Source: an uncultured Gemmatimonadaceae bacterium
GTDB taxonomy: Bacteria; Gemmatimonadota; Gemmatimonadetes; Gemmatimonadales; Gemmatimonadaceae
DNA: 64,000 nucleotides
NCBI GenBank assembly: GCA_963817955.1
Contig: CAWFQK010000002.1
Span: 448,001 to 512,000 of the forward strand
Reading direction: 5' to 3'
Part shown: one piece after another, positions 18,728-28,312 of the stretch
How positions within the stretch are numbered: position 1 is the first letter of the stretch
Layout: each line of letters starts with the position of its first letter
Notes under the pieces: model-generated
The model's input: the letters and a program-made list of their open reading frames with translations, nothing else
The model's database searches: none
What the model was told of the DNA's origin: nothing
Position numbers and translations under genes: made by a program

Positions 18728-18898
18728 GTGTCTCTCCAAACTATACGAACAGTTATTGCCACTGCTTCGCACCGAGGAACGCACCGTCCCAGGACGCCTC
18801 CCGTCACCGAGCCCCGGGGCTCAACGGGATTCACCAGGCATTCACCTGGCTACGAACCGTCGGCAGTGAAGCGGAAAGCCGACGGGACTACACACTGC

Positions 18899-19879
18899 TC
18901 AGTGATGCGCGGCTCTGATCTGTCCAATGAACACGGCAGCCAACAGTGAGAAGATGAAGGCCTGGATGAACGCGACGAGAATCTCGAGCAACATGATGAA
19001 CAACGCCATCGCCAACGGCGCGAGGGCAACCTTGAAGCCGAACATGAAGATCAAACCGATCAGCGCCAGGATGATGACGTGTCCCGCGATCATGTTCGCG
19101 AAGAGACGGATCGTGAGCGCGAACGGCTTCGTGAATTTTCCAATGATCTCGACCGGCGTCATGATGAGCGTCAACGGCAGCTTCATGATCAGCGGCATGT
19201 CGTGCGGCCAGTAGAAGATCGTGCCGAGATAGCCTGCGCCGAGCGACTTGATGCCCGCCGCCTCGATCATGATGAAGGTGATGCCCGCCAGCGTCGCCGT
19301 CACGGCGATGTTGCCCGTTGGCGTCGAACCGTAGGGCACGAGACCGAACAGGTTGCAGAACAAGATGAAGAAAAACAGCGTGAGCACGAACGGCACGTAC
19401 GCCCCGCCGCCGTGTCCGCCGAGCACCGGCAGGTAGATCTCGTTGCGCAGGTACAGAATCACCGCCTCGAGGCCAGCCGCGAAGCCCTTGGGGCGTCCGC
19501 GCTCGTGCGTCGCCTTCGCGTGCGAACGCGCCGCGAGCGTGAGCATCAGCGTCACGATGACCGCGGCGAGGATCTCGAAGAAGATGTGCTTGGTGAGGCC
19601 GAGATCGATTGTCTTGCTGCCGATCTGGACGTTCCACGTGGGGAACGTGTACTCGCAGGCCCACTCGCTGGTGCTGCGAATGCACGGATAGTCGATCGTC
19701 TTCGAGTCCGTGATGTGCGGCATGATGATGTCCGCCGGCCCGAGCTTCTTATCGATCACATGTCCGGGCTCCGACTGTGGCATCACGCCGGGCTCCTGCG
19801 CCCGCGCCGCCGCGGGAGTCAGGGGCAGCGTCAATATCGCAAGCGTCAACAAGCCGGAGAGGAACGAGCGCAATCTCAT
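18899..19879 (-). CDS. atpB: ATP synthase F0 subunit a
   Basis: KPFALTIRLFANMIAGH, EILVAFIQAFIF. Confidence 0.97.
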   Translation of the reverse strand: MRLRSFLSGLLTLAILTLPLTPAAARAQEPGVMPQSEPGHVIDKKLGPADIIMPHITDSKTIDYPCIRSTSEWACEYTFPTWNVQIGSKTIDLGLTKHIFFEILAAVIVTLMLTLAARSHAKATHERGRPKGFAAGLEAVILYLRNEIYLPVLGGHGGGAYVPFVLTLFFFILFCNLFGLVPYGSTPTGNIAVTATLAGITFIMIEAAGIKSLGAGYLGTIFYWPHDMPLIMKLPLTLIMTPVEIIGKFTKPFALTIRLFANMIAGHVIILALIGLIFMFGFKVALAPLAMALFIMLLEILVAFIQAFIFSLLAAVFIGQIRAAHH

Positions 19880-20229
19880 TGTTTGATCAACAAAGGTTCG
19901 ATCAAGGTCGTCAGGAAGAAGAACGTCAAGAGACTCACCAGCGCCGCGGTCAGGGGCACCGTGAGCGCCTTGGCTACGATCAGCGCGTACGTAATGATCG
20001 TCATCATCCGCAGTAGCGCGCCCGTGCCGATGCGCGCCATCACGTTGTTACTCAGCCCCGCTACCCGCCCCAACGAGGACGCCGCGAGTTGGACCGGGAT
20101 CGCGACGGCGGCGCTGAGCCAGATGGCCGCGGAGTCACCCCGCCCGCGAAACACCAACGTGAGCAGCGCGCCCACCACGATCACCACACCACATGTTGCC
20201 GCCGAATACCGGGCCAGGGCCGGCCTCAC
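19876..20229 (-). CDS. AtpI-like 4-TM membrane protein
   Basis: Four hydrophobic segments, located between atpZ and atpB with 4-bp overlaps. Confidence 0.65.
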   Translation of the reverse strand: MRPALARYSAATCGVVIVVGALLTLVFRGRGDSAAIWLSAAVAIPVQLAASSLGRVAGLSNNVMARIGTGALLRMMTIITYALIVAKALTVPLTAALVSLLTFFFLTTLIEPLLIKQ

Positions 20230-20492
20230 CGGCGCCGCTCCGACCGGTGCTGTGCGTCACGTCGCTGCGCGGCGGTCACTTTCCGGTACATGGAGTAGAA
20301 GCCGCCTCCGGCGCCGATAAAAACACAGAGAAGGAGGAACCAGGGAGAGCTGTGCAAACGCCGGTCGAGCCAGGTTCCCGCAAAGACGAAAACGAGGATT
20401 GTGGCCGCGAATTGAACGCCGACCCCGGCGAATTCCGCCCCGGACAACGCGCCGCCCTGCGCTGCGTGTTTCGATCCTCGTCCATCATCCAT
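20226..20492 (-). CDS. atpZ: AtpZ/AtpI family protein
   Basis: GVQFAATILVFVFAGTWLDRRLHSSPWFLL..GAGGG motif; first gene of the atp operon. Confidence 0.85.
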   Translation of the reverse strand: MDDGRGSKHAAQGGALSGAEFAGVGVQFAATILVFVFAGTWLDRRLHSSPWFLLLCVFIGAGGGFYSMYRKVTAAQRRDAQHRSERRR

Positions 20493-20502
20493 TGCGGCGC
20501 GG

Positions 20503-20531
20503 AATTTAGGAGCTTGTGAAATTTTTCGCAA
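20503..20531 (-). promoter_or_regulatory. Putative sigma70 promoter of the atp operon
   Basis: Minus strand TTGCGA-17bp-TAAATT, 10 nt before the atpZ ATG. Confidence 0.55.
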
Positions 20532-20625
20532 GCGAAGCGACAGCCATAAACCGAAGATGTTCCGAACGGCGGAGCTCGTGACATAACTCCCTGATCCGCC
20601 AATACTTCGGCTGTTACGCTTCACG

Positions 20626-20654
20626 TTGACTATTCGTCTTACGGTTGATAAGTT
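20626..20654 (+). promoter_or_regulatory. Putative sigma70 promoter (extended -10)
   Basis: TTGACT-17bp-TAAGTT with TGn before the -10, upstream of the gene at 20725. Confidence 0.45.
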
Positions 20655-20724
20655 CGCGGAGGCATGATTTGTGAGCGGTCGTGCGCTCACCTTCATGACA
20701 GACCCGACCCGCCGACCTCGGGAA

Positions 20725-21243
20725 ATGAACACTCGTTTGATCGTCCCATTGCTTATCGCTGGCGCGCTCGCCTTTGCGTGCGGCCCGCGCACGCGCTCCG
20801 AAGCGCCTGCCACACTTGCCAGCCGCCTGCCAGTCCGGAGCGCACTCGTCACTGTGCGCCCACATGGACGACACGACCGCGAACCAAGCACGACCGCACG
20901 GGTAACACTCGAGTCGCAGCTGGATATCGCGGTGGCACCACGCGAGATCACCTTCGCGCTGAACGTGACCAACACGAGCACGAAGCACGCGGAAATTGAT
21001 TTCACGAGCGGCCATGCATACGACTTCGTCGTCGTCGACTCCGTCGGCCGCGAGGTGTGGCGTTGGTCGACGGGGCGTTTGTTCACGCAGAGCGTGCAGA
21101 ACAAGCAACTCGGCTCCGGCGAATCGATGCGCGTGAGCGAATCGTGGAAGCCGCAGGGGAAAGCCGGACACTACATCGCCATCGCGACGCTCAAGAGCTC
21201 CAATTTTCCCATCGAACAACGGGCTGAGTTCGTGGTGAAGTAG
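20725..21243 (+). CDS. Lipoprotein with BsuPI-like proteinase-inhibitor domain
   Basis: Lipobox LAFAC; FTSGHAYDFVV..GREVWRWS.GRLFTQ motif. Confidence 0.8.
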   Translation: MNTRLIVPLLIAGALAFACGPRTRSEAPATLASRLPVRSALVTVRPHGRHDREPSTTARVTLESQLDIAVAPREITFALNVTNTSTKHAEIDFTSGHAYDFVVVDSVGREVWRWSTGRLFTQSVQNKQLGSGESMRVSESWKPQGKAGHYIAIATLKSSNFPIEQRAEFVVK

Positions 21244-21283
21244 GGGTTAAATTCCCCACACTCATCCTCCCGGAGCCCAACGA

Positions 21284-22288
21284 GTGGCCACGCGACTGAA
21301 GCCGTCTGACGACTCACGCGACATCGAGCTGCTCGACCAGTTGGCACGCGCCCACTCGGCGCTCGTCGAACAGATCGGGCGTCGCATCATCGGACAGCAC
21401 AAGATCGTCGATGATCTCGTCGCCGCGCTCCTTGCCGGCGGTCACGTACTCCTCGTCGGCGTTCCCGGCCTGGCAAAGACGCTGCTGGTGCAGACCGTGG
21501 CACAGGCGCTCGACCTGAGCTTCTCGCGCGTGCAATTCACGCCGGATCTCATGCCGAGCGACATCACCGGCACGGAGCTCCTCGAAGAGGATCATGCGAC
21601 GGGCCGCCGCCTGTTCAAGTTTGTGAAAGGCCCGATCTTCGCCAACGTCGTGCTCGCCGACGAAATCAACCGCGCCCCACCGAAGACGCAGGCGGCGCTG
21701 CTGCAGGCCATGCAGGAACACGCCGTGACTGCCGCCGGCCAGACGCATCGATTGCCCGAACCGTTCTTCGTGCTCGCGACGCAGAACCCCATCGAGCAGG
21801 AAGGCACGTACCCGCTGCCCGAGGCACAACTCGACCGGTTCATGATGCAGCTCAACGTCGGCTATCCAACCCGAGACGAGGAAGAGCGCATCGTCCTGGC
21901 GACGACGAGCGACCTCGACGTGGACATCAAGCCGATGTTGAACGCCCAGCAATTGCTCGACCTGCAGCGCCTGGTGCGACGCCTGCCTGCTCCGCCAAGC
22001 GTGGTGAGCTACGCCGTGAGACTGGCGCGCTCCACGCGTCCGGGCGCCGAAGAAGCGACGGCGATGGTGAAGAAGTACGTCAGCTGGGGCGCCGGCCCGC
22101 GCGCGTCGCAGTACCTCATCCTCGGCGCCAAGGCACGCGCGGCGATGGACGGGCGCGCCATGCCGGATATCGAGGACGTGAATGCGATGGCGATCCCGGT
22201 GCTGAGCCACCGTGTGGTGGTGAATTTTCAGGCAGAAGCCGAAGGGCTGTCGCCGGAGAAGCTCGTGGCCATACCGGAGCGGCCTTAA
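21284..22288 (+). CDS. moxR: MoxR family AAA+ ATPase
   Basis: [58 protein letters not shown]. Confidence 0.95.
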   Translation: MATRLKPSDDSRDIELLDQLARAHSALVEQIGRRIIGQHKIVDDLVAALLAGGHVLLVGVPGLAKTLLVQTVAQALDLSFSRVQFTPDLMPSDITGTELLEEDHATGRRLFKFVKGPIFANVVLADEINRAPPKTQAALLQAMQEHAVTAAGQTHRLPEPFFVLATQNPIEQEGTYPLPEAQLDRFMMQLNVGYPTRDEEERIVLATTSDLDVDIKPMLNAQQLLDLQRLVRRLPAPPSVVSYAVRLARSTRPGAEEATAMVKKYVSWGAGPRASQYLILGAKARAAMDGRAMPDIEDVNAMAIPVLSHRVVVNFQAEAEGLSPEKLVAIPERP

Positions 22289-22299
22289 GCCCAGTGGAC

Positions 22300-23226
22300 A
22301 TGCAGATCCTTCGCTCCCTACTTCTCCTCGTGTCGACCGCGGTCGGCGTCGCATCGGCACAGGCACCAACGGTACAGCACACATTCGATGAGTCCCGCCC
22401 GCCTGGCGCCAACTACGACAAGGCCGAGTTCCGGCTCTGGCTGCCGAATGTCGCGGGCCCGCTCCGGACAGTCGTGGCCCTCGTGCCGGGCTCGAACGGC
22501 GACGGACGCCCTATGGTGGAGGACACCGTCTGGCAGGCCTTTGCCAACAAGAATCGCGTTGCGCTATTCGGCGTGCGGTTCACCGACAAGCCTCACGATC
22601 AGAGTTTCATCGAGGAGTACGTCGACGTCAGCAAGGGGAGCGGCCAGACCTTCCTCGATGCGCTGACGTCGCTCGCCACCAAGGCGAATCATGCGGAGCT
22701 CTCCACCGCGCCACTGTTCATGTGGGGCATGTCGGCTGGTGGGCAGTTCGACTACGAGTTCGTCGCTTGGAAACCGGAGCGCGTCGCCGCGTTTGTCGTC
22801 AACAAAGGCGGGATCTACTACAGCGCGCTCCTCCCGCGCGCCGCGCGTGAAGTTCCCGGCCTATTGTTCACTGGCGGCAAGGACCTCGAGACGCGCATCA
22901 ACACGATCGTCGGGCTCTTCGCGGTGAACCGGCGAGGCGGCGCGCTATGGGCGCTCACCGAAGAGCCCGGCGCCGCGCATGTCGTAGGCAGGTCGCGCGA
23001 CCTGGGCGCGATGTTCTTTGAGGACGTACTTGCTCTGCGCTACCCCGAAGGAGCGACGTCGCTCAAGCCGCTTGTCGAGAATGCCGGCTTCATTGGCGAT
23101 CTCAAGGCGAAGACCTTCGCGCCGATGGGCAATTCCAAGGCACCGTCAGCTCCGTCTGCCTGGCTGCCCACGCTGCGAATTGCAAAGGCGTGGCAATCCG
23201 TCATCACGGACACGCCTTTCCAGTAG
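22300..23226 (+). CDS. Exported alpha/beta-hydrolase-fold hypothetical protein
   Basis: Signal peptide (ASA-Q); GMSAGG nucleophile elbow; candidate catalytic D (GKD) and H (AAH). Confidence 0.7.
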   Translation: MQILRSLLLLVSTAVGVASAQAPTVQHTFDESRPPGANYDKAEFRLWLPNVAGPLRTVVALVPGSNGDGRPMVEDTVWQAFANKNRVALFGVRFTDKPHDQSFIEEYVDVSKGSGQTFLDALTSLATKANHAELSTAPLFMWGMSAGGQFDYEFVAWKPERVAAFVVNKGGIYYSALLPRAAREVPGLLFTGGKDLETRINTIVGLFAVNRRGGALWALTEEPGAAHVVGRSRDLGAMFFEDVLALRYPEGATSLKPLVENAGFIGDLKAKTFAPMGNSKAPSAPSAWLPTLRIAKAWQSVITDTPFQ

Positions 23227-23397
23227 TAGACACGTGCGTACAAAACGAGACTGCACCGCCGTTTGGACGCTAGCCCCACCGACGATGCAGAGCCCGCCGA
23301 TGACAATGCTCCGACCGCCATCGTCTTCGCCGGTATGCTTCATGCGCGCGCCTTCCGCCTTCGACGGCAACACTCACTTCGGAGCGGAGAACACGAC

Positions 23398-23721
23398 ATG
23401 CCATACGCGGTCACGCATCACTTCCCGGGCGGTACCAAGGAGCAGTACGAGGCATCGCTTGCTGCTGTGCATCCTGCCAAAGGCGTGCTGCCAGAGGGTC
23501 AGATCTTCCACGCGGCTGGCCCATCGGCTGGTGGCTGGACGATCCTGGCGATCCACGATACCAAGGAAAGCTGGGAGCGCTTCCGCGACGGCATTCTGAT
23601 GCCTCGCCTGCAGAAGGGCATCAAGGGCGGGTTCACGTCGCAACCACAGGTGACGGAATTCGAGGTTTACAATCTGCACCTTGAACCCGCCGTGCAGGAG
23701 TATGCAATGAGCGGCCGTTAA
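23398..23721 (+). CDS. Small hypothetical protein (dimeric alpha-beta barrel-like)
   Basis: GGAGA RBS; FPGGTKEQY...FHAAGP..GW...W.RF pattern. Confidence 0.7.
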   Translation: MPYAVTHHFPGGTKEQYEASLAAVHPAKGVLPEGQIFHAAGPSAGGWTILAIHDTKESWERFRDGILMPRLQKGIKGGFTSQPQVTEFEVYNLHLEPAVQEYAMSGR

Positions 23722-23831
23722 CGTCGCCGGCTCGCACCACTGCGACGGGTTGGGCGGCCGATGGCGTCAGGGCTATGCGCTTCGGACTCTGGCGCGTAAC
23801 TGACCAAGTCGTCCGCCCAAGGCTGGAGTCG

Positions 23832-24137
23832 TTAGTTCCGCCTCTCGTGTCCCAACTCGGTGTTGAGCTCGCGCATCGCCGCCTCGTAGTACGGATCGAC
23901 TGGTGGCAGCTCGCGGATCTCCGGCACGGCGGGCTTGGGCGTCGGCGCGATCATGGACCGCGCGAGGCGGAACAGCCCGTAACCCACGACCGCGATGACC
24001 GCGAACTTGAGCGCCATGGTCGCCAGTCCGATCAGCGCGCCGAGTACGCCGAACGTGAGCGCCAGCAGCAGAATGCCGACCGGGATCGCGATCGCGAACC
24101 CAACGATGATCTTGAAGAACGTCCACAGGGTGCGCAT
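23832..24137 (-). CDS. Small membrane protein
   Basis: GGAGG RBS, two long hydrophobic segments, charged tail. Confidence 0.75.
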   Translation of the reverse strand: MRTLWTFFKIIVGFAIAIPVGILLLALTFGVLGALIGLATMALKFAVIAVVGYGLFRLARSMIAPTPKPAVPEIRELPPVDPYYEAAMRELNTELGHERRN

Positions 24138-24263
24138 TGGGCCTCCACGCCGGCGCCAATAATACTACGGGCGTGCGCGCTCGCGGGTTTCAGATCGTAT
24201 CCATGGCGTACGACTTCTCGAGCGATCTAGCGTTTGAGGCGATTCCGCCCAAGGGCAATCGAT

Positions 24264-25457
24264 CTACGCCGCGCGCTTGGCGTGCTGCCTGACAGCCAGG
24301 AACAACACGATCGGAGCATAGATCACCAGCACGAGCAGTGGATGCACCAGATCCCGCACGCCCGCGCCCTTGAGCAGCACGTCCCGGGCGATGGTGATGA
24401 AATGGCGCACGGGATTCAGCTCCGAGACCATCTGCACCCACCCCGGCATGCTGTCGATCGGCGTGAACAGCCCGCTCATCAACAAGTACACCATCATGAC
24501 GAAGAACGTGACGAACATCGCCTGTTGCTGGGTATCGACGATCGCCGAGATATAGAGGCCAATGCCGAGGGCGGAGAGCAGGTAGATGCCTGCCGCGGCG
24601 AACAGCAGCAGAGGGTTCCCCACGATGGGCACGTGATAGACGGCAACCCCTACCGCAAGCCCCACCGCCAGATCCAGCATCGCCAGCACCCAGAACGGGA
24701 GCAGTTTGGCAATGATGAATTGGCCACGCGTGATCGGCGTGACGTTGAGCTGCTCCAGCGTGCCCACTTCCTTTTCGCGGGCGATGTTCTGCGCCGTGAG
24801 GAGGGTGCCCATCATCGTCACGAGTTGTACCAGGATTCCCGGCACCATGTAGTGGGTGTAGTCGAGCTCCGGGTTGTACCAGCTACGCCGCTGGACTTCT
24901 ATTCTTGGCACGCCGCGGATCGGTATGAGCGCGCTCACACCGCCACGCCCGCTGCCACTGGTGCTCTGCGCACGAATGGCCGCCAGGGTCGGCCGCATTT
25001 GCGTCGTCAGCTCCCCGGAGTAGGCGTCGAGAATCTGCATGGCGTATGACTGGACGATTCCCGCCGCAGTCCCCTTTTCCGCGTTCACGTCGAGCTGCAC
25101 CGGCGCCGTCCCAGTGCGTACGAGTGTGGCCTCGAAGTCGTGCGGGATCGTGAGCACGATCGTCGCCGTGCCGTGCAGCAGTGCGTCGTCCGCACTGTCG
25201 GGCGACGTCGACTGCCCAATGATGCTGAAGAACCGAGAGGCAGCGAGGCGGGTGACGACGCCGCGCGACGTACTCGTCCGGTCGTAATCGACCACGTACG
25301 CTGGCGTGGCGTGGATGGCGAAGCTAGCGACCCGGGCCAGGACCAGGAGCTGCACGATCGGCATCACCAGGATCTGCGTGAGCGTCGCGCGATCGCGCGT
25401 CACGTGGAGCACCTCCGTGCGCGCGAGAAAGAGTATCCGTCGAAGGCCGGTGTACAC
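24264..25457 (-). CDS. ABC-2 type permease (YbhR-like)
   Basis: WYNPEL, IAREKEVGTLEQLNVTP, LMSGLFTPI. Confidence 0.9.
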   Translation of the reverse strand: MYTGLRRILFLARTEVLHVTRDRATLTQILVMPIVQLLVLARVASFAIHATPAYVVDYDRTSTSRGVVTRLAASRFFSIIGQSTSPDSADDALLHGTATIVLTIPHDFEATLVRTGTAPVQLDVNAEKGTAAGIVQSYAMQILDAYSGELTTQMRPTLAAIRAQSTSGSGRGGVSALIPIRGVPRIEVQRRSWYNPELDYTHYMVPGILVQLVTMMGTLLTAQNIAREKEVGTLEQLNVTPITRGQFIIAKLLPFWVLAMLDLAVGLAVGVAVYHVPIVGNPLLLFAAAGIYLLSALGIGLYISAIVDTQQQAMFVTFFVMMVYLLMSGLFTPIDSMPGWVQMVSELNPVRHFITIARDVLLKGAGVRDLVHPLLVLVIYAPIVLFLAVRQHAKRAA

Positions 25458-25458
25458 G

Positions 25459-26571
25459 TCAGTCCAGCCGCGGCTTGAATGAGCGGGTGCTGATGACGAG
25501 GAGCACCAGCGTCATCGTGGCCAGGATTGCCGTCTCACGCCCGAGATACGCCAGGCCGATTCCTTTGAGCATGATCCCGCGGGAGATCGCCACAAACCAC
25601 CGGGCAGGCGACAGTACCGAGATCCACCGCAGCACGACCGGCATGCTCTCAATAGGGAAGATGAAACCGGACAACAGCACGTTCGGCAGCATCGTTCCGA
25701 GGAGCACGCCCATCATGGCCGTCCGCTGTGAATTGGTCCGCGAGGACACGAGAATTCCCACCGACAGCGACGCCAACGTGAACAACAATCCTTCTGCGAC
25801 GAGCAATGTCACGCTACCGCGCAACGGGACGTGAAAGATCAATCGCGCTTCCACCAAGATCAGTACTATGCTCAACAGCCCGATCCCGAGATACGGCGCC
25901 ACCTTGCCGACGATGATGTGCCACGGCCGGAGCGGCGAGACGAGCAGCGCCTCCATCGTCCCCGTTTCCCGCTCGCGTGCCAGCGACAGCGCGGTCATCA
26001 GCGCCGAAATGATCGTCAGCACGTACGCCATGAGTCCCGGTATGAACAGGTTCGAGCTCTCGCGCGTGGGATTGAATCGCATCCGGCTCTCCGGCGCAAT
26101 GCGTATCGCGCCGACGCCGCGCTGGGCCGCACCGAGCTCGCGCTGATAGTTCTGGATCACGGCCGCCGCGTACGCCTGGCGGGCCGCGCCGCTGTTCGGC
26201 TCTGTCGCGTCGGTGATGAGAGAAATTTGCGCCGGCAGTCCGCGTGCGAGCTGCGTGGCAAAGCCGGGCTGAAACACGACCGCTTCCTGTGCACGGTCCG
26301 TGCGGAACAGTGGCTCCAACTCGCGCTGGTCGCGCAACACCGCAACCACGCGGAACACACCGCCCGCCGTAAGCCGGGAGCGCAGATCCAGCGTCGTCGC
26401 ATCCGGCGTCGGATCCACCACCGCGAGCCGTACGTCCTGCACGTCGGTGCGAATGGAGTACCCGAACAACACCACCTCGAGCACCGGTAGCAGCACGAGC
26501 ACGGCAAGTGTGCGACGATCGCGGAGGATGTGGCGCACCTCCTTCACGAGGAGCCCGCGCAGCGCGCTCAT
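25459..26571 (-). CDS. ABC-2 type permease (YbhS-like)
   Basis: KEVRHILRD, ARERETGTMEALLVSP, LLSGFIFPI. Confidence 0.9.
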   Translation of the reverse strand: MSALRGLLVKEVRHILRDRRTLAVLVLLPVLEVVLFGYSIRTDVQDVRLAVVDPTPDATTLDLRSRLTAGGVFRVVAVLRDQRELEPLFRTDRAQEAVVFQPGFATQLARGLPAQISLITDATEPNSGAARQAYAAAVIQNYQRELGAAQRGVGAIRIAPESRMRFNPTRESSNLFIPGLMAYVLTIISALMTALSLARERETGTMEALLVSPLRPWHIIVGKVAPYLGIGLLSIVLILVEARLIFHVPLRGSVTLLVAEGLLFTLASLSVGILVSSRTNSQRTAMMGVLLGTMLPNVLLSGFIFPIESMPVVLRWISVLSPARWFVAISRGIMLKGIGLAYLGRETAILATMTLVLLVISTRSFKPRLD

Positions 26572-27341
26572 GCGGCTTCCGTGGGCTTCACGGTTCCGTT
26601 GGCAGGCCGGGCCAGTCGCACGAACAGCTCGTCGATGCTCTCCACATCAAAGCGGCGCTTGAGCTCCGCCGGCGTGCCCAGGGCGCCGATCCGCCCCGCC
26701 ACCATGATCGAGATGCGATCGCAGTACTCCGCCTCGTCCATGTAGTGAGTCGTGACAATTGCCGTCGTTCCGGCCTGTGCGGCCTCATAGATCAATTCCC
26801 AGAACTGCCGGCGCGTCACGGGGTCCACGCCGCTCGTCGGCTCGTCGAGAAACACGATGCGGGGCTGGTGCAGCAGCGCCACCGAAAATGCCAGCTTCTG
26901 TTTCCATCCCAACGGGAGGTCTCGTACCATGGACCGCTCGGCGCGCTCGAGTCCCAGCCGTCCGAGAATCCGATGCATGCGCTCGACTATCTCGCGGTCG
27001 CTGAGGTCGTAGATCCCCCCATAGAGCACGATGTTCTCACGCACCGTGAGATCGTCGTACAGCGAGAAGCGCTGACTCATGTAGCCGATGTCCCGCTTGA
27101 TGGCTTCCGCTTCCGTGTACACGTCGTGTCCGGCCACCGTCGCATGACCGTCGCTCGGCGCGAGCAGCCCCGTCAGCATGCGCATCGCTGTCGTCTTCCC
27201 TGCGCCGTTCGCGCCAAGGAAGCCGAACACCTCGCCAACGCGAACGTCGAAGGTGATGCGGTCAACGGCGGTGAATTCGCCGAATCGCCGCGTCAGGTCG
27301 CGCGCGTCGATGGCGAGCGAAGGGCTTGCCGCGTTCGTCAT
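26568..27341 (-). CDS. ABC ATP-binding protein (resembles the YbhF second domain)
   Basis: GANGAGKTT, LPLGWKQK, FLDEPTSGVDP, THYMDEAE. Confidence 0.92.
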   Translation of the reverse strand: MTNAASPSLAIDARDLTRRFGEFTAVDRITFDVRVGEVFGFLGANGAGKTTAMRMLTGLLAPSDGHATVAGHDVYTEAEAIKRDIGYMSQRFSLYDDLTVRENIVLYGGIYDLSDREIVERMHRILGRLGLERAERSMVRDLPLGWKQKLAFSVALLHQPRIVFLDEPTSGVDPVTRRQFWELIYEAAQAGTTAIVTTHYMDEAEYCDRISIMVAGRIGALGTPAELKRRFDVESIDELFVRLARPANGTVKPTEAA

Positions 27342-28312
27342 GCGGCCTCCCCGGGTGTTGCAGCGTCTTCTCCCTCAGGGGCACCCATGCGGGCGATGAA
27401 CACGTCTTCGATCGTCGGCGACGTGGGCGACACCTCGGCCCCAGCGATCCCTTCGGACGCCAGAAAGGCGCCCAACTCCCGCTGCACAACGTCCGCGGAC
27501 ACATCGGCCCGCTCGTCGGTGTAGTGCAGCGCTTCGCCGAATGGGTACACGGAGTGCGCGTGGGCAAAGCGACGCACCGCGCCCAGTGTGCGATACCGCT
27601 CCGGCGCGCGTACGGCGAACAGCGGCCGCTCGAAAGAGCGGATGATCGCGGCGGGCGTGTCGATGGCCAGGATGTGCCCGCGCTGGATGAGCGCGACGCG
27701 ATCGCAGCGCGTCGCCTCATCCATGTACGGCGTCGATACGACGATCGTGAGACCGGACTTCCTGAGCTCTGCCAGCAGATCCCAGAACTCCCGTCGGGAT
27801 ACCGCATCCACACCGGTCGTGGGCTCATCGAGCAGGAGCAGCTCCGGCCGGTGCACGAGCGCGCAGCAGAGCGCGAGCTTCTGCTTCATGCCCCCGGACA
27901 ACGCGGCGGCGCGCCGATCTTTGAACGCCACGAGCTGGTCATATATAGGCGCGATTCGCGCGTACTGGTCCTCGATCGTCGTTCCGAATACCGATGCGAA
28001 GAAGCGCAGGTTCTCCTCCACGCTGAGATCGGGATACAGCGAGAACCGTCCCGGCATGTAGCCGAGTCGTTTGCGAAGATCCCACATGTCGGTCACGACG
28101 TCGCGTCCCAACACCTGCGCCTGACCCTCGTCGGCTACCACGAGCGTGGCAAGAATGCGGAACAGTGTCGTCTTCCCTGCTCCATCGGGGCCGATGAAGC
28201 CGAACAGCTCTCCGGGGGCCACACTGAACGACACGCCGGCGAGCGCCGTCGTCGTCGCGTACCGCTTGGCGACGTCATGCACCTCGACGGCCGCGCCCGC
28301 TGACGTCGTCAC
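27338..28312 (-). CDS. ABC ATP-binding protein (resembles the YbhF first domain)
   Basis: GPDGAGKTT, LSGGMKQK, LLDEPTTGVD, STPYMDEA. Confidence 0.92.
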   Translation of the reverse strand: MTTSAGAAVEVHDVAKRYATTTALAGVSFSVAPGELFGFIGPDGAGKTTLFRILATLVVADEGQAQVLGRDVVTDMWDLRKRLGYMPGRFSLYPDLSVEENLRFFASVFGTTIEDQYARIAPIYDQLVAFKDRRAAALSGGMKQKLALCCALVHRPELLLLDEPTTGVDAVSRREFWDLLAELRKSGLTIVVSTPYMDEATRCDRVALIQRGHILAIDTPAAIIRSFERPLFAVRAPERYRTLGAVRRFAHAHSVYPFGEALHYTDERADVSADVVQRELGAFLASEGIAGAEVSPTSPTIEDVFIARMGAPEGEDAATPGEAA

